Translations under genes and position numbers: made by a program
Notes under the pieces: generated by a model
What the model saw: the letters and a program-made list of their open reading frames with translations, nothing else
Told to the model about the DNA's origin: nothing
The model's database searches: none
Assembly (NCBI GenBank): GCA_002269645.1
Contig: NIVC01004170.1
Span: 1-56,930, forward strand
DNA from: Macrostomum lignano
Taxonomy: Eukaryota
Direction: 5' to 3'
DNA length: 56,930 bases
Shown: piece after piece, positions 14,269-56,930 of the stretch
Layout of the letters: every line of letters begins with the position of its first letter
Numbering within the stretch: the stretch's first letter is position 1

Positions 14269-14993
14269 TGTTTAACGCCCGCTCTGCAAATTTTGCTACT
14301 TGTTAGTAGGCTGTTGCGGACTCGTGTGAAACTGTGTGGGGAAAGGGCTTGTCAATGCGCAGGAATTGCAAATACATTTTATTTTTATTTAATTTAGAGT
14401 GACAGACCGAGTGGATCGAATGCTTCTACAGATCTGGCGTTCCTGTGTTTCTTGAAATGAATGTAAATTTGTAAAGTTAATCACAATTTATGAATTTGGC
14501 AGCATTATAGACCCTTCAGGACACTTTGGTACCCTTTAGAACACATTTCGGCATTCTTTAGGAAACATTTTGGCACTCTTTAGGACATATTTTGGCACGC
14601 TAATGACACATTTCGGCACCCCTGCTATATAATAACACTAATGCGTACATTGTCATCAGAAATGAATTTAAACTACTATTGTCAGAGTATAAAAAACAGC
14701 TAATTTCTGTTGGGAGGAAGAAAGGTAGACAAAAGCTGGGCAGAGGCGCGCGCGCACTGAGTACACAGGGAGTGTACACTGCCGCCCGAACTCCGCTCAC
14801 ACCCCCTCTGTTCGCCCAATGTTGAAGCGCCCGCACCCGGCCTGTACAGAACTGAAAGGTCTGCCTGAGCCCGCTGTTAAAACTGCGCGCTTGTTCTGCC
14901 GGCTTCGCTGAAACTCTGTTTGCTTCTGCATTGCTGTGGCGTGTGGCTCTCTGCAGCTAGCTCCTTACAGACGGCTTACAGCACTTAACAGCA

Positions 14994-17900
14994 ATGGGCT
15001 CGAGGCTCGCTAAACAGCAGAAAGAGGAGATAAACAAATTAGTAACAAAACTTTCCCGTGAGTGTTATTAATCTAATTAATTGAGCACGCTCTGCTATGC
15101 AATACAGCTCCAATTGCTGCTTTCAGTGAGCGATGAGGACAGAGACTACACGGTGGACACGTTTCGCAAGTTCTGCCGATTCAATAGGAAAACCATGAGC
15201 AGAGATGTGAGTTGATAAGCTGTTTGTACTCTGCTCTCGAGTGAGCCCTTTCAGCCACTCTAAGAGTGAGCCCAGTCACTCACCCAACCACAGTGAGCCC
15301 AGTTCACTCACCCAACCACAGTGAGCCCAGTTCACTCACCCAACCACAGTGAGCCCAGTTCAGTCACCCAACCACAGTGAGCCCAGTTCAGTCACCCAAC
15401 CACAGTGAGCCCAGTTCACTCACCCTACCACAGTGAGCCCAGTCACTCACCCAACCACAGTGAGCCCAGTTCAGTCACCCAACCACAGTGAGCCCAGTTC
15501 ACTCACCCAACCAGAGTGAGCCCAGTTCACTCACCCAACCAGAGTGAGCCCAGTTCACTCACCCAACCAGAGTGAGCCCAGTCACTCACCCAACCAGAGT
15601 GAGCCCAGTCACTCACACAACCAGAGTGAGCCCAGTCACTCACCCAACCAGAGTGAGCCCAGTTCACTCACCCAACCAGAGTGAGCCCAGTCACTCACCC
15701 AACCAGAGTGAGCCCAGTCACTCACCCAACCAGAGTGAGACCAGTCACTCACCCAACCAGAGTGAGCCCAGTTCACTCACCCTACAACAGTGAGCCCAGT
15801 CACTCACCCAACCAGAGTGAGTCCAGTTCACTCACCCAACCAGAGTGAGCCCAGTTCACTCACCCAACCAGAGTGAGCCCAGTCACTCACCCAACCAGAG
15901 TGAGCCCAGTCACTCACCCAACCAGAGTGAGCCCAGTTCACTCACCCAACCACAGTGAGTCCAGTTCACTCACCCAACCAGAATGAGCCCAGTTCACTCA
16001 CCCAACCACAGTGAGTCCAGTTCACTCACCCAACCACAGTGAGCCCAGTTCACTCACCCAACCAGAGTGAGCCCAGTTCACTCACCCAACCACAGTGAGC
16101 CCAGTCACTCACCCAACCACAGTGAGCCCAGTCACTCACCCAACCACAGTGAGCCCAGTTCACTCACCCAACCAGAGTGAGACCAGTTCACTCACCCAAC
16201 CACAGTGAGTCCAGTTCACTCACCCAACAAGAGTGAGCCCAGTTCACTCACCCAACCAGAGTGAGCCCAGTTCACTCACCCAACCAGAGTGAGCCCAGTT
16301 CACTCACCCAACCACAGTGAGCCCAGTTCACTCACCCTACCACAGTGAGCCCAGTTCACTCACCCAACCACAGTGAGCCCAGTTCACTCACCCAACCACA
16401 GTGAGTCCAGTTCACTCACCCAACCACAGTGAGCCCAGTTCACTCACCCAACCAGAGTGAGCCCAGTTCACTCACCCAACCACAGTGAGCCCAGTTCACT
16501 CACCCAACCACAGTGAGCCCAGTTCACTCACCCTACCACAGTGAGCCCAGTTCACTCACCCTACCACAGTGAGCCCAGTTCACTCACCCTACCACAGTGA
16601 GCCCAGTTCACTCACCCTACCACAGTGAGCCCAGTCACTCACCCAACCAGAGTGAGCCCAGTCACTCACCCAACCAGAGTGAGTCCAGTTCACTCACCCA
16701 ACCAGAGTGAGCCCAGTTCACTCACCCAACCAGAGTGAGCCCAGTCACTCACCCAACCAGAGTGAGCCCAGTCACTCACCCAACCAGAGTGAGCCCAGTT
16801 CACTCACCCAACCACAGTGAGTCCAGTTCACTCACCCAACCAGAATGAGCCCAGTTCACTCACCCAACCACAGTGAGTCCAGTTCACTCACCCAACCACA
16901 GTGAGCCCAGTTCACTCACCCAACCAGAGTTAGCCCAGTTCACTCACCCAACCACAGTGAGCCCAGTTCACTCACCCAACCACAGTGAGCCCAGTTCACT
17001 CACCCTACCACAGTGAGCCCAGTTCACTCACCCAACCACAGTGAGCCCAGTTCACTCACCCTACCACAGTGAGCCCAGTTCACTCACCCTACCACAGTGA
17101 GCCCAGTTCACTCACCCTACCACAGTGAGCCCAGTTCACTCACCCTACCACAGTGAGCCCAGTTCACTCACCCTACCACAGTGAGCCCAGTTCACTCACC
17201 CAACCACAGTGAGTCCAGTTCACTCATCCAACCACAGTGAGCCCAGTTCACTCACCCTACCACAGTGAGCCCAGTCACTCACCCTACCACAGTGAGCCCA
17301 GTCACTCACCCTACCACAGTGAGCCCAGTCACTCACCCTACCACAGTGAGCCCAGTCACTCACCCTACCACAGTGAGTCCATTCGTTTCCACCGCCCAGG
17401 ACTTCAAGGACTTCCTCGCCATGATGAACATGACCAGTTACAATGAGCTGCTCATCAGCGCGGTGTTCCAGGTGCTCGACACCAATGCCGACGGTGAGCT
17501 GAGCGCCTCGGAGTTCATTAAGTACTTCATCCTGCTCATCCGGTTCCCGGTGGCAACTAAAGTGCAAAGTGAGAGACTGCCAGGCAGCTGCCATGCGTGG
17601 CTGCGCCGGGGAAAAGCTTAAATGAAGATCTGGGAAATGTGTCGGATGGTGTGTGGGATATAATGGGATATAAAGGAGCAATTGCGTATTGCAGTCTGGG
17701 TATGGGAGTGTGGGGTATGGGAGTGTGGAGTATGGGAGTGTGGGTATGGGAGTGTGGGTATGGGAGTGTGGGGTATGGGAGTGTGGAGTATGGGAGTGTG
17801 GGGTATGGGAGTGTGGGTATGGGAGTGTGGGGCATGGGACTGTTGGGATTGGGAGTGTGGGGTATGGGAGTGTGGAGTATGGGAGTGTGGGTATGGGAGT

Positions 17901-19805
17901 GTGGGTATGGGAGTGTGGAGTATGGGAGTGTGGAGTATGGGAGTGTGGAGTATGGGAGTGTGGGGTATGGGAGTGTGGGTATGGGAGTGTGGGTATGGGA
18001 GTGTGGAGTATGGGAGTGTGGAGTATGGGAGTGTGGGTATGGGAGAGTGGAGTATGGGAGTGTGGGTATGGGAGAGTGGAGTATGGGAGTGTGGAGTATG
18101 GGAGTGTGGAGTATGGGAGTGTGGAGTATGGGAGTGTGGGTATGGGAGAGTGGGGATTGGGGATGTGGACATCACGAAGCGGCTCCCATTCCCACCGCAG
18201 TCGTATTCGACATCATCGATCGAGACTCCAGCGGCTGCATCGAGCTGGCAGAGATCCGGCGCTATTACCACGACCTGGCCACCAGCCGGGCCTACCTGGT
18301 GGGCGCCAGGGACAGCCGGCAGCTGACTGACCGCGACATCGATAAGCTCTTCAGCCAGATAGACTCTGTGAGTGACGTGTTATTGACGGATAGCCGGAAA
18401 ATCCCTCGGCTTCCAAGGGAGATAAGGGAGGAAGTTGTTGAACGTGACTGCCTACCTTTTGCACTACACAAGACAGACAAGGTAGATACTCGTAGATCAC
18501 CACGGTAGACAAGGTAGATCATCATGTCAGACAAGGTAGAGAATGGCGGCAGACAAGGTAGAGAATCACGGCAGACAAGGTAGAGAATCATGACAGACAA
18601 GGTAGAGAATGGCGGCAGACAAGGTAGAGAATCACGGCAGACAAGGGAGAGAATCACGGCAGACAAGGTAGATTATCACGGCAGACAACAGAGAGAATCA
18701 CGGCAGACAAGGGAGGGAATCACGGCAGACAAGGGAGGGAATCACGGCAGACAAGGGAGGGAATCACGGCAGACAAGGTAGAGAATCACGGCAGACAAGG
18801 GAGAGAATCACGGCAGACAAGGGAGAGAATCACGGCAGACAACGGAGAGAATCACGGCAGACAAGGGAGAGAATCACGGCAGACAAGGGAGAGAATCACG
18901 GCAGACAACGGAGAGAATCACGGCAGACAAGGGAGAGAATCACGGCAGAGAAGGGAGAGAATCACGGCAGACAAGGGAGAGAATCACGGCAGACAACGGA
19001 GAGAATCACGGCAGACAAGGGAGAGAATCACGGCAGACAAGGGAGGGAATCACGGCAGACAAGGGAGAGAATCACGGCAGACAAGGGAGAGAATCACGGC
19101 AGACAAGGGAGAGAATCACGGCAGACAAGGGAGAGAATCACGGCAGACAAGGGAGAGAATCACGGCAGACAAGGGAGAGAATCACGGCAGACAACGGAGA
19201 GAATCACGGCAGACAAGGGAGAGAATTACGGCAGACAAGGGAGAGAATCACGGCAGACAAGGGAGAGAATCACGGCAGACAAGGGAGAGAATCACGGCAG
19301 ACAAGGGAGGGAATCACGGCAGACAAGGTAGAGAATCACGGCAGACAAGGGAGAGAATCACGGCAGACAACGGAGAGAATCACGGCAGACAAGGGAGAGA
19401 ATTACGGCAGACAAGGGAGAGAATCACGGCAGACAAGGGAGAGAATCACGGCAGAGAAGGGAGAGAATCACGGCAGACAAGGTAGAGAATCACGGCAGAC
19501 AAGGTAGAGAATCACGGCAGACAAGGGAGAGAATCACGGCAGACAAGGGAGGGAATCACGGCAGACAAGAGAGGGAATCACGGCAGACAAGGGAGGGAAT
19601 CACGGCAGACAAGGGAGGGAATCACGGCAGACAAGGGAGGGAATCACGTCAGACAAGGGAGAGAGGAGCAAGCAGACAGCTAAAATTCCATCCCCAACGA
19701 TTCCAGGACAGCAACAAGAAGGTGGACTCCAAGGAATTCGAACAGCACGCCAGGACCAGCGGCCCCGAGCTGCTACAGCTGCTGGACGCCTACATTGAGG
19801 ACTGA
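14994..19805 (+). CDS. Myristoylation-motif EF-hand calcium sensor, NCS/recoverin/calcineurin-B-like, 5 exons, ~192 aa
   Basis: Exons 14994-15057, 15127-15206, 17400-17568, 18201-18367, 19707-19805, phase-consistent (579 nt). Starts MGSRLAK; EF loops DTNADGELSASE, DRDSSGCIELAE, DSDSNKKVDSKE; degenerate first EF-hand. AATAAA at ~20020. Confidence 0.85.
15265..17378. repeat. 27/28-bp minisatellite GTGAGCCCAG(T)TCACTCACCCAACCACA
   Basis: Direct inspection. Confidence 0.95.
17690..18155. repeat. G-rich GGGAGTGTGG(G/A)GTAT minisatellite
   Basis: Direct inspection. Confidence 0.9.
18470..19660. repeat. 22-bp minisatellite CACGGCAGACAAGGGAGAGAAT
   Basis: Direct inspection. Confidence 0.95.
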
Positions 19806-20269
19806 GGTGCTTGCAGTTGGCACTGTACAATTTCACTCCAATTTTGGCCAAGTATTTTTCCGTGCATTGAGACTACTTTCTGATCCCATTATGCAGCTTA
19901 ATGTTGCTATTTTGCAAGCTGATTTTTAAAGCACCTATTGTTATTGCTACTTATTGCTGTGGTGGCTTAATTAAATATTTATTCCTAATACAGCAACTTA
20001 TATTAAACTAATTAGAAGCAAATAAATCACGAAAAGCGGGCGCTTTCATATGCAACGAAAACGAAAACAAAGGAAAACTATTCGTGTATTTCACTAGCCG
20101 AGGGCAGCTCAACACTTGCCGGGTAAAAAGCGAATTCAGAGCCACGATGATCTCCGCACTGCTAAAAGGCAGATTTAAACACAATAGAAAGCATTATTCA
20201 TTAATATTGGCTACGAAAGACAAAATCGGATTGCCGCCAGGTGAGAATGCTCTCCTGTGTCTGCTACTC

Positions 20270-22581
20270 TTGTGATGCTAGTTGTTGGTATCAGATTTGT
20301 TGCTGATTTATCAGCCATGCGGTGGGGACCAATTCTCACCTGTGTGATGCTAGTTGTTGGTATCAGATTTGTTGCTGATTTATCAGCCATGCGGTGGGGA
20401 CCAATTCTCACCTGTGTGATGCTAGTTGTTGGTATCAGATTTGTTGCTGATTTATCAGCCATGCGGTGGGGACCAATTCTCACCTGTGTGATGCTAGTTG
20501 TTGGTATCAGATTTGTTGCTGATTTATCAGCCATGCGGTGGGGACCAATTCTCACCTGTGTGATGCTAGTTGTTGGTATCAGATTTGTTGCTGATTTATC
20601 AGCCATGCGGTGGGGACCAATTCTCACCTGTGTGATGCTAGTTGTTGGTATCAGATTTGTTGCTGATTTATCAGCCATGCGGTGGGGACCAATTCTCACC
20701 TGTGTGATGCTAGTTGTTGGTATCAGATTTGTTGCTGATTTATCAGCCATGCGGTGGGGACCAATTCTCACCTGTGTGATGCTAGTTGTTGGTATCAGAT
20801 TTGTTGCTGATTTATCAGCCATGCGGTGGGGACCAATTCTCACCTGTGTGATGCTAGTTGTTGGTATCAGATTTGTTGCTGATTTATCAGCCATGCGGTG
20901 GGGACCAATTCTCACCTGTGTGATGCTAGTTGTTGGTATCAGATTTGTTGCTGATTTATCAGCCATGCGGTGGGGACCAATTCTCACCTGTGTGATGCTA
21001 GTTGTTGGTATCAGATTTGTTGCTGATTTATCAGCCATGCGGTGGGGACCAATTCTCACCTGTGTGATGCTAGTTGTTGGTATCAGATTTGTTGCTGATT
21101 TATCAGCCATGCGGTGGGGACCAATTCTCACCTGTGTGATGCTAGTTGTTGGTATCAGATTTGTTGCTGATTTATCAGCCATGCGGTGGGGACCAATTCT
21201 CACCTGTGTGATGCTAGTTGTTGGTGTCAGATTTGTTGCTGATTTATCAGCCATGCGGTGGGGACCAATTCTCACCTGTGTGATGCTAGTTGTTGGTATC
21301 AGATTTGTTGCTGATTTATCAGCCATGCGGTGGGGACCAATTCTCACCTGTGTGATGCTAGTTGTTGGTATCAGATTTGTTGCTGATTTATCAGCCATGC
21401 GGTGGGGACCAATTCTCACCTGTGTGATGCTAGTTGTTGGTATCAGATTTGTTGCTGATTTATCAGCCATGCGGTGGGGACCAATTCTCACCTGTGTGAT
21501 GCTAGTTGTTGGTATCAGATTTGTTGCTGATTTATCAGCCATGCGGTGGGGACCAATTCTCACCTGTGTGATGCTAGTTGTTGGTATCAGATTTGTTGCT
21601 GATTTATCAGCCATGCGGTGGGGACCAATTCTCACCTGTGTGATGCTAGTTGTTGGTATCAGATTTGTTGCTGATTTATCAGCCATGCGGTGGGGACCAA
21701 TTCTCACCTGTGTGATGCTAGTTGTTGGTATCAGATTTGTTGCTGATTTATCAGCCATGCGGTGGGGACCAATTCTCACCTGTGTGATGCTAGTTGTTGG
21801 TATCAGATTTGTTGCTGATTTATCAGCCATGCGGTGGGGACCAATTCTCACCTGTGTGATGCTAGTTGTTGGTATCAGATTTGTTGCTGATTTATCAGCC
21901 ATGCGGTGGGGACCAATTCTCACCTGTGTGATGCTAGTTGTTGGTATCAGATTTGTTGCTGATTTATCAGCCATGCGGTGGGGACCAATTCTCACCTGTG
22001 TGATGCTAGTTGTTGGTGTCAGATTTGTTGCTGATTTATCAGCCATGCGGTGGGGACCAATTCTCACCTGTGTGATGCTAGTTGTTGGTATCAGATTTGT
22101 TGCTGATTTATCAGCCATGCGGTGGGGACCAATTCTCACCTGTGTGATGCTAGTTGTTGGTATCAGATTTGTTGCTGATTTATCAGCCATGCGGTGGGGA
22201 CCAATTCTCACCTGTGTGATGCTAGTTGTTGGTATCAGATTTGTTGCTGATTTATCAGCCATGCGGTGGGGACCAATTCTCACCTGTGTGATGCTAGTTG
22301 TTGGTATCAGATTTGTTGCTGATTTATCAGCCATGCGGTGGGGACCAATTCTCACCTGTGTGATGCTAGTTGTTGGTGTCAGATTTGTTGCTGACTTATC
22401 AGCCATGCGGTGGGGACCAATTCTCACCTGTGTGATGCTATGAATAGTTGTTGGTGTCAGATTTGTTGCTGACTTATCAGCCATGCGGTGGGGACCAATT
22501 CTCACCTGTGTGATGCTAGTTGTTGGTGTCAGATTTGTTGCTGACTTATCAGCCATGCGGTGGGGACCAATTCTCACCTGG
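20270..22581. repeat. Highly homogeneous 72-bp tandem array (~32 copies) between two convergent genes
   Basis: Unit TGTGATGCTAGTTGTTGGTATCAGATTTGTTGCTGATTTATCAGCCATGCGGTGGGGACCAATTCTCACCTG; 24-aa periodic ORFs on both strands. Confidence 0.97.
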
Positions 22582-22784
22582 GCAGCGACATTAAGAATGC
22601 GGGCAATCAAGAAAATGAATTGAGAGATTCGCAGAAGGACTTTAAAAGCAGAAATATTAATAATCCATATCGCTTAGGAAATAAAAACCAGAGCAGCAGG
22701 TACTGCCACTTCCCAGGGTTTGTCTCTCCGTCTCAAGTCCATAATGTTTCCTGTTCAGTGAGCCGGCCTCGGGGTCAGGGAAGG

Positions 22785-56860
<34,076 letters not shown>

Positions 56861-56930
56861 CTTATGATGCATTGTGTAATAGTGGTCTCCGTTCTTCTAG
56901 CAAGTAATGTACCTGTGTGCGAGGCGAGCC

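Noticed and set aside
20270-22581. CRISPR array or a 728/799-aa repeat protein
   Set aside because: The units are contiguous and identical with no unique spacers, and there are no cas genes in this eukaryotic context. Open frames on both strands simply reflect a stop-free 72-bp unit.
22580-22612. ILNVAAQ resembling a dual-specificity phosphatase motif
   Set aside because: Only 7 residues, with no continuing phosphatase exons or HCxxGxxR motif

Overview
Animal genomic DNA with GC-rich, compact exons. Nearly every intron longer than a few hundred bases holds its own minisatellite or microsatellite array. This style resembles Macrostomum-type flatworm genomes, but that is an inference only. I reconstructed four intron-containing genes by hand. 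(1) A Cdc42 GTPase (+, 1443-2768) carrying three single-base indels. (2) An intact 9-exon SLC5/SGLT-type sodium:solute symporter (+, 5428-14268, ~692 aa). (3) An intact 5-exon myristoylation-motif NCS/recoverin-like EF-hand protein (+, 14994-19805, ~192 aa). (4) A very large minus-strand gene (about 43 exons, 56860 to 22785; N-terminus apparently outside the window) whose exons join in frame into a >3,100-aa type-I membrane protein with repeated SEA-like modules, a mucin-like segment, a furin-like site, one TM helix and a short tail. Also present are a tRNA-headed SINE-like family (one copy has spawned a 55-bp minisatellite) and a CCC..GGG MITE with a 2-bp TSD. Many repeat units contain CAG|GT splice-junction motifs, and several arrays begin exactly at exon-intron boundaries. 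Most long ORFs in the supplied track are repeat artefacts. No CRISPR, rRNA or intact tRNA was found.
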